Positions 50,502 through 59,094 of a stretch of DNA of 64,000 bases are shown here, piece after piece. The notes below the pieces were generated by a model. That model ran no database searches and had not been told where the DNA came from. It saw only the letters and a list, made by a program, of their open reading frames with translations. A program made the position numbers and the translations under genes. Positions within the stretch are counted from its first letter, which is position 1; every line of letters starts with the position of its first letter. Source of the stretch: Candidatus Thorarchaeota archaeon (GTDB taxonomy: Archaea; Asgardarchaeota; Thorarchaeia; Thorarchaeales; Thorarchaeaceae); contig SDNP01000007.1 of the NCBI GenBank assembly GCA_004524445.1, positions 33,141 through 97,140 on the forward strand, read 5' to 3'.

Positions 50502-51482
50502 TTATCGCGCCAGTTCGTCCAGTTCTCTCCAATCTGATGCTTCATTTAGTTCATGAATTGCATCATCGCTGATATCGAGCTCAATGGCTTCGATATTCTC
50601 TTCAAGCTGTTCCTTGCTGTTTACTCCTATAATGGGCGCCGTTATACTTTCTCTATTCAGTACCCATGCCAACGCAATCTGAGGAATGGTCGCATCGAGG
50701 TCTTCGGATATCTCTTCAAGAGTGTCCAGAATTCTGAAATTGCGTTCCTTGTAGTACCTCTGCTTGGTGGTCTCTGCTCTCTTTGAATCGGGAGTTTCCT
50801 CTTTCGAGTACTTCCCCGTAAGGAAACCTCCACCCAACGGACTGTAACTCGTGACTCCTAGGTTGTATTTCTTCACAACAGGCTCCAGGTACTTCTCAAA
50901 ATCGCGCCTTCTTGCTAGGCTATATGAAGGCTGTAGAGCGTCGTACCTTGCCAAGCCATACTTGTCGCTCACCCATAGTGATTCCATCAATTCGGCAGCA
51001 TTGTGGTTGGAAGCTCCAATATAGTGGACACTCCCATCGTCAACAAGCTTTGTCAATGCTCTCAAAGTCTCCTCCTGTGTGACATCAGGGTCAGGCCAAT
51101 GACTCCAATAGATATCAATCCAATCCGTTCTTAACCTGTCAAGGCTGCCGTCCACGGCCTCAAGTATATGCTTCCTAGATAGACCAACATCATTTGGATT
51201 ATTGCTTATCTCCCCTCTGACTTTGGTGGCTAAGACCACTTCATCCCTTATTCCACGTTCCTCAAGCCATCGTCCAATAATCTGCTCCGATTTTCCGGCA
51301 TACGATTCTTCTGCCCACTTGCTATAGATGTCTGCTGTGTCGATTGTTGTAATCCCTGCATCAAATGCGGCATCGAGCAAATCCATCGCGTCATCTTCAC
51401 GAACAAGCCATCCCAATTGCATTGAACCAAGAACTACTTGAGATATACGCAGTCCTGTCCGTCCCAGTTTTACACTCTTCAT
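50502..51482 (-). CDS. Aldo/keto reductase
   Basis: DTADIY, LATK, GLSRKHI, IGASN, YSPLGGGFLTGKY. Confidence 0.95.
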   Translation of the reverse strand: MKSVKLGRTGLRISQVVLGSMQLGWLVREDDAMDLLDAAFDAGITTIDTADIYSKWAEESYAGKSEQIIGRWLEERGIRDEVVLATKVRGEISNNPNDVGLSRKHILEAVDGSLDRLRTDWIDIYWSHWPDPDVTQEETLRALTKLVDDGSVHYIGASNHNAAELMESLWVSDKYGLARYDALQPSYSLARRRDFEKYLEPVVKKYNLGVTSYSPLGGGFLTGKYSKEETPDSKRAETTKQRYYKERNFRILDTLEEISEDLDATIPQIALAWVLNRESITAPIIGVNSKEQLEENIEAIELDISDDAIHELNEASDWRELDELAR

Positions 51483-51592
51483 GAATTAAATATAGTTAAC
51501 ATCCCGAAATTAAATGTTTCCGTACCATGAATACGCAACACCACTTTATATGCATCAAATATGAATAGTTGTCAAAAGGTGGATGATACTCT

Positions 51593-52441
51593 TTGAAGCA
51601 ACAAAATAAGGCGCTATCAATTTTCACTTGTCTATTTATCCTACTACCTCTGCTTCCCGGGTACGTGACTGCAGATATTACCGGCAATACATACTGGTTT
51701 TCTGCAACATGGCTTAATCAGACATATCAAGAGAATTTAGGCGAAGAGTTCAAATCGTCAGTCAGTGGCGAGTTTAAAATCACTGTCCTCAATGCCATCG
51801 AAGCTGGGGGAGATGATGTCTATGAGTACAATTTCCAGGGGTTCAGCTGGTATCGGGTTCCGTACTACCTGAACGTAACCTCAGATGTCGAATTTCAGGA
51901 AAATAAGGTATCTTTTGAGATTGAAACGGAGGATGAGGATGAGGATAACCGAGCTGAAACAGCTGAATTAGCCTTATTCCCCTCGTTTCAGCATCATCAT
52001 CCAGGACACATGTTCTTTGTAAATCCGATTTGGAGTACACATAACACAGGATGGGAATCTGCTGTTAATGAGGCACAAAATGATAATACCACTGCTGAAT
52101 TGACGGAATCTTCTGGTGAGGGCTCGTTTAGCCTGCGGTTGGTAATTGACATAGAGAGTGATAGCGAAGATGAGGGGCAATTGAATGGAACTCGCACATT
52201 TGATTTCACTGCTTCATATGACTCTGATGGCATTTTGACAAACTGGGAATCAACAGCTACAACGCGCCTATCCAATGAAAATCACACCTCCCGCCACATT
52301 CTCACGGAAAAGTACTCTCGCACTACTGGTCCAAGTGGAGGATTTGGGATAGGCGGCGACACGGCAACAGCACTTGGCTTCATTGGCGTTGCTGCTGTAG
52401 CAGGTATAGTGGTTGGAGTTATCTTGGGGAAGAGGTACTGA
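51593..52441 (+). CDS. Secreted acidic protein with C-terminal membrane anchor
   Basis: Signal peptide, several N-x-S/T sequons, C-terminal TM plus KRY. Confidence 0.75.
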   Translation: MKQQNKALSIFTCLFILLPLLPGYVTADITGNTYWFSATWLNQTYQENLGEEFKSSVSGEFKITVLNAIEAGGDDVYEYNFQGFSWYRVPYYLNVTSDVEFQENKVSFEIETEDEDEDNRAETAELALFPSFQHHHPGHMFFVNPIWSTHNTGWESAVNEAQNDNTTAELTESSGEGSFSLRLVIDIESDSEDEGQLNGTRTFDFTASYDSDGILTNWESTATTRLSNENHTSRHILTEKYSRTTGPSGGFGIGGDTATALGFIGVAAVAGIVVGVILGKRY

Positions 52442-52597
52442 GCTTAGCACATCAATGAATTGGAACCTTTGCACTCTATATTTGGCACTAGTCAGAACTT
52501 TGGGCAACTTCCGTTGTCCATAACTCTTTTAGGAGTGCCTCTTTGTTCGAGTCAGAAGTGGATACAGTAATCTGCACCCTTGCTGACATCAAGGAGA

Positions 52598-55075
52598 ATG
52601 GACATTTTGCCTAAGAAATTCAAACCAGAAATTAAATCCAAGAGATGGAAGCCAGACCAGGAAGAACCCCTTATCGAAGCATGGGATGGAGAGAAGACCT
52701 ATTTTTTTGACAAAGAAAGTGAAAACACAATTTATTCTGTTGATACTCCTCCACCCTATCTCTCTGGACATGTCCATATTGGCCAACTGTTGCACTATAC
52801 ACAAATTGACATGATTGCCAGATATAGACGAATGCAAGGTCTGGAGGTTAATTTTCCTCTTGGTATCGATAGAAATGGACTTCCCGTCGAACTCCGTGTG
52901 GAGAAAGAGTACGGGTTGGACATGCATACAACTCCACGGGAGAAGTTCGTTGCCAAATGCAGAGAGCAATTAGACATGTACGAAGATGAGGTAGTAACTT
53001 GGTTCAAGCGTCTTGGCCTCAGTTTCAACACCTACGAACGAAAAGGAAGCTATCGAACCGATAGTCCTGACTATCGAGCTGTTACCCAAGCGACTTTCAT
53101 TGATCTCTGGAATCAAGGTCTCATCTACAGTGATTATCGGCCAAATAACTGGTGCTTCGAGTGTGGGACGACAATAGCTGACGCTGAGGTGGAATACACT
53201 GAGCGTCCCACAACCCTGCATTACATATACTTCGATGTTGAAGGCAAAGAGCCAATAGAAATCGCCACTACTCGTCCTGAGCTGCTTTGTGCATGTGGCG
53301 CTGTGTTCATCCATCCTGATGATGAACGCTATGAAGGATGCGGTGGGAAGACTGCAAAGGTTCCGTTATTCGATTTAGAGGTTCCTATAATTGAGAGTGC
53401 TACCGCTGATATGGAATTTGGGACTGGTGCCTTGATGGTATGTAGCTACGGTGATATGGCCGATGTGATGGCCTTTAGAGATCATGCTTTGGAGCCAATT
53501 GCAGCAATCTCCCCGCAGGGAAAAATGACTGAAGCTGCGGGAAAATTTGAAGGGAAGCCCATCGAAGAGGCAAAGACGGCTATCATTGAAGAACTCAAAG
53601 AGAAAGACCTCCTCTCGAAGCAAGAAGAGACGGTACAAAGGGTTCCTCTCTGCTGGCGGAGCAAAACCCCCATTGAGTTCATTGCTATGAACGAGTGGTA
53701 TCTTAAGCAAGTGGGTTTTTTGGATGATATACGTGAGATTGCGAAGGAAACCCCCTTCTATCCCAACTATCATCGCCAAATCCTCCTAGATTGGATAAAT
53801 AGAGTATCTGTCGACTGGCCTATTAGCCGCCGTCGCTACTATGGGACTGAGATTCCCCTCTGGTATTGCAATGCTTGTGGCGAGCCTGTAGTTCCTGAAA
53901 ATGAGAAGTTAGAGTACTATCAGCCTTGGAAGGAAGATCCTCCGTTTGACAAATGCCCCGAATGTGGAGCAAATGATGGGTTCAAGGGTGAAGAACGCAC
54001 CTTCGATACATGGATGGACTCGTCTATCTCAGGCCTTCAAATTATTGGGTATCTTCGAGACACTGTTCTCTTCGAGAAAGCATTTGGAAATGTTATGAGG
54101 CCACAAGGAAAGGAGATAGTGCGCACTTGGCTTTACTATTCTCTGCTTCGAACATATCAGCTGACCAAGAAACCTGCATTCACAGAGATATGGGTGTCTG
54201 GACACGTAGTGGATGAACATGGTGAAAAAATGAGTAAATCGAAGGGCAACTCTCCGCCCCCCGGTCCATTTGTAGACAAATACGGGGCCGATGCAATGCG
54301 TCTATTTGGAGTACTCGAAGCTGGTTTAGGTGGAGATGTCAGGTTTTCGGAAGAGCGTCTTGCTGGCGCATCAAAATTCATGACAAAACTTTGGAACGTC
54401 GCTCGGTTTATCTCAATGTTTCCTTACAGCCCTGAAATGGAAATTCATGAGCTGACACCTGTTGACAGATGGGTTTTGGCTCAAGCGAATGAGATGGTAA
54501 AGCGAATTCTCCCCGATTGCGAACGGCTAGATTTTCACAAGCCCGCCAAAGAGGTCAGAAACTTCACATGGAATGTTTTCGCAGACCATATTTTGGAGAT
54601 GCTTAAGGGGCGCTGTTTTAATAGTGATGACACTTTCTCCGAAGATGAACAGAAGTCTGCATGGTACGCACTACACAAAACCCTGTCTATTATCTTGCGC
54701 GCTATGGCTCCCATAACTCCGTTTCTAACCGATAAGGTATATCGTGAATTGTATGGAGAAGGGGGCATTCACCGAGAGACCTATCCAACTCCTCAGATTG
54801 AGCTTGAATCAGAACTCACGCAGCATACTAATCTTCTTCAAGCAGTAAATGCTGGATTTTGGGCCTTCAAACGAGAAAATGGGATTTCCCTTCGCGAAGG
54901 GGTACCAGCTGCATACATTCCCTCAGCACTCAAGCCATGGGGGAAGGATCTACAGGCTATGCACGGAATTGAATCCCTAGAGTTTGGTAACCCAGACGAT
55001 GATGATTACATAATGATAGCTCTTCCTGAGCGAGAGGTGGCAATCTACATTCTGCCCCCTCCTCAAGAAGAGTGA
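52598..55075 (+). CDS. valS: Valine--tRNA ligase
   Basis: DTPPPY, HIGQ, DWPISRRRYYG, DTWMDSS, KMSKSKGN. Confidence 0.96.
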   Translation: MDILPKKFKPEIKSKRWKPDQEEPLIEAWDGEKTYFFDKESENTIYSVDTPPPYLSGHVHIGQLLHYTQIDMIARYRRMQGLEVNFPLGIDRNGLPVELRVEKEYGLDMHTTPREKFVAKCREQLDMYEDEVVTWFKRLGLSFNTYERKGSYRTDSPDYRAVTQATFIDLWNQGLIYSDYRPNNWCFECGTTIADAEVEYTERPTTLHYIYFDVEGKEPIEIATTRPELLCACGAVFIHPDDERYEGCGGKTAKVPLFDLEVPIIESATADMEFGTGALMVCSYGDMADVMAFRDHALEPIAAISPQGKMTEAAGKFEGKPIEEAKTAIIEELKEKDLLSKQEETVQRVPLCWRSKTPIEFIAMNEWYLKQVGFLDDIREIAKETPFYPNYHRQILLDWINRVSVDWPISRRRYYGTEIPLWYCNACGEPVVPENEKLEYYQPWKEDPPFDKCPECGANDGFKGEERTFDTWMDSSISGLQIIGYLRDTVLFEKAFGNVMRPQGKEIVRTWLYYSLLRTYQLTKKPAFTEIWVSGHVVDEHGEKMSKSKGNSPPPGPFVDKYGADAMRLFGVLEAGLGGDVRFSEERLAGASKFMTKLWNVARFISMFPYSPEMEIHELTPVDRWVLAQANEMVKRILPDCERLDFHKPAKEVRNFTWNVFADHILEMLKGRCFNSDDTFSEDEQKSAWYALHKTLSIILRAMAPITPFLTDKVYRELYGEGGIHRETYPTPQIELESELTQHTNLLQAVNAGFWAFKRENGISLREGVPAAYIPSALKPWGKDLQAMHGIESLEFGNPDDDDYIMIALPEREVAIYILPPPQEE

Positions 55076-55080
55076 AGGTA

Positions 55081-55548
55081 CTACTCCACAACGATATTGT
55101 TCTTATGGACGGTTTCACATTTCATGCTGTTAGATATCAGACAGTATTTGGCAGCAAGCTCAAGGGCTCTCTCTGCCTTTGACCTGAGGTCCTCCGAGTC
55201 TACGGTCACTGTCGATTCCAGTACAATTTTGGTGAACTGAAATCCCTTCTCCATTTTCTCTAGAGTTCCCGTCCCTTCACATATGTAGCTCTTATAGTCA
55301 AATCTCATCTTCTTCGTAAAGGTAACGAAAGTTGTCATTAGACAACTTGCCGCAGCCGCCACAAACATATCCTCGGGAGATATGATTCCCTCGGGGCCCT
55401 CAAACTCGGGTGGCGAAGCAACTTCAATTTTGGGCTTTCCCTCTATGGTTAAATCTCCTACTCGGTCGTGCGTCCAATCAACTCTCACGTGGTATCGATG
55501 TGTATCCTCACTCAACGAATTCACCGAAATAGACTCATCTCTTTCCAA
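55081..55548 (-). CDS. OsmC/Ohr family protein
   Basis: SPEDMFVAAAASC, KYCLISNS. Confidence 0.9.
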   Translation of the reverse strand: MERDESISVNSLSEDTHRYHVRVDWTHDRVGDLTIEGKPKIEVASPPEFEGPEGIISPEDMFVAAAASCLMTTFVTFTKKMRFDYKSYICEGTGTLEKMEKGFQFTKIVLESTVTVDSEDLRSKAERALELAAKYCLISNSMKCETVHKNNIVVE

Positions 55549-55569
55549 GAAAAAGGCTTTCGCTACCTG

Positions 55570-56013
55570 CTATTCCATAACTACTATCTCATGGTCATGA
55601 TAGGTCGGACACTTCATGCTATTCGCTACATAGCAGTACTTCGCACCAAGCTCCAAGGCACGTTCTATCTTTTTTCTAGAGGTTTCCTTGTCTATCACTA
55701 CCCGCGTGTGTGAGTTAATCTCGGTGATCTCAAAACTCCTATCCACCTTCTCCAGATTTCCGATTGATACCACTTCGAAGGATTCGATGTCGATATGCAT
55801 CTTTTCAAGGAAGTATACAAATGAATTCATGAAGCAAACCGCACCCGACGCCACGAAAAGTTCCTCTGGGGTATAGAATTTCTTTTCTGACTCTGGATGG
55901 ATTCCCGTAGGGATTGGGGGGAGACTCTCTACGACTACTTCTCCCGATTTACCGCCAGTCCATGCAACCCTAATTTCATATTTTTTGCCTTCGTTTTCAC
56001 TCATTATTTTCAT
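55570..56013 (-). CDS. OsmC/Ohr family protein (paralog)
   Basis: TPEELFVASGAVC, KYCYVANS. Confidence 0.88.
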   Translation of the reverse strand: MKIMSENEGKKYEIRVAWTGGKSGEVVVESLPPIPTGIHPESEKKFYTPEELFVASGAVCFMNSFVYFLEKMHIDIESFEVVSIGNLEKVDRSFEITEINSHTRVVIDKETSRKKIERALELGAKYCYVANSMKCPTYHDHEIVVME

Positions 56014-56037
56014 CCCATAAAGTATCGTTTGAATAGG

Positions 56038-56829
56038 TCAAAGCCCTTCCGGAACTAACTCTGTCTTTGCGGCTTTTACTACAAGGAAGAACGGAATTCG
56101 TCGTTCTCGGTCAAAGTATTCGCTCTCAGTAATAGGCAAGGGTTCACGTAACTCCTCGACAACAAATCCAGCCTGTTTCAAAGCAGAAAAGTATGTTGAA
56201 AATGTTCTATGATAGAATACTATCGGCTCAGGAAATCTCTCTCCATCCCTTGTTTTCCAATATCGACTGTATTCTGTTTCTTTAAAGTACTCATCGATTT
56301 TGAAATAGCGTCCTCTGCGTCTATTTGTATCAGGATCTTTCTTGTCAAGCTCCCATTCACCTGGGCCGTAGAAATCAAATGCTGGATGCACCAGTGAAAT
56401 CACAAGTTCTCCTCTAGGCTTGAGCGCCCTGTTGAATTCGTTCAATGCATCTTCAAGACAGGGGACATTCAAGAGTACCAAGTTGCAAAGAACCTTATCA
56501 TAGAATGCATTCATGATTGTCTTCATTGAGCAGACGTCATCAGTTCTATAACTGATACTCAGACTCTCATCCGTCTTCTCTTTGCTAAGTTCAATCAAGC
56601 GAGAAGACACATCGATTCCAGTGACATGCGCCCCCTTGCGAGCATAATGTCTAGAAAGATAACCTTCTCCACATCCGGCATCGAGGACATTTAGTCCTTC
56701 AACATCACCCATCAGCTCCTCTACACATGGATTTAGAATCTCTTGATGGTGCGGAGTGCCTTTTCCACCGATGAGTTCAGAATAAGCTAAAGCATTCTCT
56801 TCCCATTGGGAAACAATATCATCTTTCAT
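56038..56829 (-). CDS. Class I SAM-dependent methyltransferase
   Basis: VLDAGCGEG, GIDVS, LKPRG. Confidence 0.9.
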   Translation of the reverse strand: MKDDIVSQWEENALAYSELIGGKGTPHHQEILNPCVEELMGDVEGLNVLDAGCGEGYLSRHYARKGAHVTGIDVSSRLIELSKEKTDESLSISYRTDDVCSMKTIMNAFYDKVLCNLVLLNVPCLEDALNEFNRALKPRGELVISLVHPAFDFYGPGEWELDKKDPDTNRRRGRYFKIDEYFKETEYSRYWKTRDGERFPEPIVFYHRTFSTYFSALKQAGFVVEELREPLPITESEYFDRERRIPFFLVVKAAKTELVPEGL

Positions 56830-56837
56830 TATGATGC

Positions 56838-57233
56838 TTAGATACGACTCCAGACCGCTCCCATACGCTTCCCGGTTTCATAGATGACAGAAGTCATTGC
56901 CTCTGCTGAAGCCAGGCCCGCCTCAACAGCCAGTTTCATGATGGGAGTATGAGCAACATAGATGCCATCTTCCTCCTGATAAACCACGAAACTGCAAGGA
57001 AAGAGCGTTCCCACATCTTTAGAAGCATCCAATCCCATCTTAGCCAGTTCCGGCTTGCATCCCAGTATGAAGGCATATTTTGGATAGTCTTCGATACCCA
57101 AGTTCTCTTTGAAAACATTGGATAAATCTTTCTTTAAAAGAACAGGAAATTTTTCCGCTGCTAGGGCATTCTCCACTTTCTTTATTGCCTCTTCAAATGA
57201 ACATGATACCTTTTTACGCAATACTTCTACCAT
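56838..57233 (-). CDS. DUF302 family protein
   Basis: ILGCKP, LFPCSFVVY. Confidence 0.82.
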   Translation of the reverse strand: MVEVLRKKVSCSFEEAIKKVENALAAEKFPVLLKKDLSNVFKENLGIEDYPKYAFILGCKPELAKMGLDASKDVGTLFPCSFVVYQEEDGIYVAHTPIMKLAVEAGLASAEAMTSVIYETGKRMGAVWSRI

Positions 57234-57296
57234 AACGATTCAATATGCATAGTGCCTATAAAAAGAATACATTTTGTGAATTGACGGAGTAAGAGA

Positions 57297-57405
57297 TGGT
57301 GGACCGGGCGAGATTTGAATTCGCGCCAAGCGTCTCTTAGAGACACAAGGTCTCGCGACCTTCTCGATGCGAACGAGACGATCTACCGGACTAATCTACC
57401 GGCCC
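57297..57405 (-). tRNA. tRNA-Ala(CGC) with 32-nt intron in the T-arm at 53/54 (57320-57351)
   Basis: Acceptor GGGCCGG/CCGGTCC (G3:U70) plus ACCA; anticodon arm TCTCG-TTCGCAT-CGAGA; junctions [CGCG]AG|A and [CGCG]AA|T. Confidence 0.9.
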
Positions 57406-57467
57406 ATTCTCTTTTCCGATAGCGTGGGTTCCCCTCTTAAAATTTTGTCCTAGTGAACAACAAGAGT

Positions 57468-57767
57468 TCATACTTCAATACCAAAGGCTTGAGAGAATCT
57501 CTCTATTTTCACGAATTCACTGAGAAACTCTCGTCCCTTTCCAGTCAATTTGTAGATGCGACTATTCTCGTCTTCCTGTGTTTCGTTGACTAGTCCCTTC
57601 TCTACTAGCTCCTCCAGATATTGCGTTAACCTATCATGTGAGAGATTGGCCGCATAGAGGATCTTTGTGGGGCCTGCTCCTAGCTCACCCTCCTTTTTGA
57701 TAGCGCGCATCATGTCTGCAAGGATGCGTACCTTTGAGCGATAAGAGCGCTTGTTACTCATCTCCAC
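57468..57767 (-). CDS. Winged-helix transcriptional regulator
   Basis: YRSKVRI, PTKILYAANLS, YKLTGKGREF. Confidence 0.85.
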   Translation of the reverse strand: MEMSNKRSYRSKVRILADMMRAIKKEGELGAGPTKILYAANLSHDRLTQYLEELVEKGLVNETQEDENSRIYKLTGKGREFLSEFVKIERFSQAFGIEV

Positions 57768-58395
57768 TTGCCTTCCGTAGCAATATTAGGAATGATGAGA
57801 AACCTAGAAACTGGGCTACTTGGCTCAGTGCATATCCTCGAAGGTCGGTCAGACTGAAGATACCAAGGATATGGCTCACCAGAAGCAGTACAAAACCAAT
57901 CAAGACATACAACGCGTATCTCGTTTTCACAGCTAAGTAGTTCATCAAATTCTGAAGAACTATAATCACTAGAACTATTATAGCAAGCATCTCAAGCGTC
58001 GGTGAAACTAGGATTGGTATTGCTAAAGCCAATGCCAACGGTGCCTGCTCGGGCACATCTTCCTTTCTGCTGTGTCGTGTTGCTACTGCAAATACCAGAT
58101 ATGCCATGACTCTCATGACGCCATATGCGACAATAACTACGCCCATCAGTGTTTGAGCGGAAGGGCTAGAGGGCCCTCCTTGAGCTGCTAGAACAAAAAA
58201 ATAGAGCGTACCCAAAACCCTGCCAAACATGCCTGCAGATAGGACCAGAAAGCCTGTGGAAAGGTCTGATAGCCGCTTTTGACCTGTGAGTCTGAATGCT
58301 TTGTTTGCATAATGAGACACCATCAATGCGATTACGCCACTAATAGTTTCTAGTATCAAATCCACCCTGATCCAGGATAACAGCACATTTTGCAT
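57754..58395 (-). CDS. Hypothetical polytopic membrane protein
   Basis: 6-7 TM helices; ATG at 58395 inferred; overlaps regulator start. Confidence 0.7.
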   Translation of the reverse strand: MQNVLLSWIRVDLILETISGVIALMVSHYANKAFRLTGQKRLSDLSTGFLVLSAGMFGRVLGTLYFFVLAAQGGPSSPSAQTLMGVVIVAYGVMRVMAYLVFAVATRHSRKEDVPEQAPLALALAIPILVSPTLEMLAIIVLVIIVLQNLMNYLAVKTRYALYVLIGFVLLLVSHILGIFSLTDLRGYALSQVAQFLGFSSFLILLRKASGDE

Positions 58396-58768
58396 TGCCT
58401 TGCACTTCTGTAGGTTCCTCAATTTAATTGATATGATGAATGGATGAATCATCCCCTTTTGTCTGATGTGGTGATATATTATCATCGAACTAGGGAAAAT
58501 GCGCAAATAGAAGCAGACTCGAGAATAGACTTACTATATGAATCATCTAGTGCATTCGTTCATTTTGTCTATATATCAAACCTACGTAACAATTCATAGA
58601 GGATCCGTCGGATTATAGAGCATTCTAGAAATGACGGGTCATTATGATGGAAAACAACTACTGCTGCAAAACGGCGGGTAAACCCCGCCATTCCATCATT
58701 TTTTCTCTGTCACCACGAGAGAGAGGCTAATAAGAGAAGATCCTGATATCTCTCCTGAGTGCAGGAAA

Positions 58769-59056
58769 ATGGAAAACAAATGCTCATTATGTGGCTCTCC
58801 TATTCGGCAGGATGAGGCCAGAAAAATCAGAAGAGAAACAGGTGGAGGTCTCATATGTAGAAAATGCATGGCTGAGAAGGGCATTCCTAAGAAGTCCTCC
58901 CCTCTTCTGTGTGAGAGATGTGAATCCCCGCTCACCAAGGAGCGGATTCGAATTATCAACCGGGCAAGAGAGATGGGCGAATCCCCGCCAAGAATCTGTG
59001 AGGAATGCGCCTCGAAAATTGATCCCAAGTTGCCGGGCAGACGGCTTCATGACTGA
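58769..59056 (+). CDS. Small double zinc-finger protein
   Basis: Four CxxC pairs (CSLC, CRKC, CERC, CEEC). Confidence 0.65.
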   Translation: MENKCSLCGSPIRQDEARKIRRETGGGLICRKCMAEKGIPKKSSPLLCERCESPLTKERIRIINRAREMGESPPRICEECASKIDPKLPGRRLHD

Positions 59057-59094
59057 TGCTGCTAGTGAAATTCTCAACTCACCCAGTCATCTGG

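Noticed and set aside
965-56013. Genome-wide TAG reassignment
   Set aside because: Many conserved genes (srp19, rlmE, hppA, acs, mch, ftr, fwdA, polX) end in TAG at the expected C-terminus; hppA has TAG-TAG
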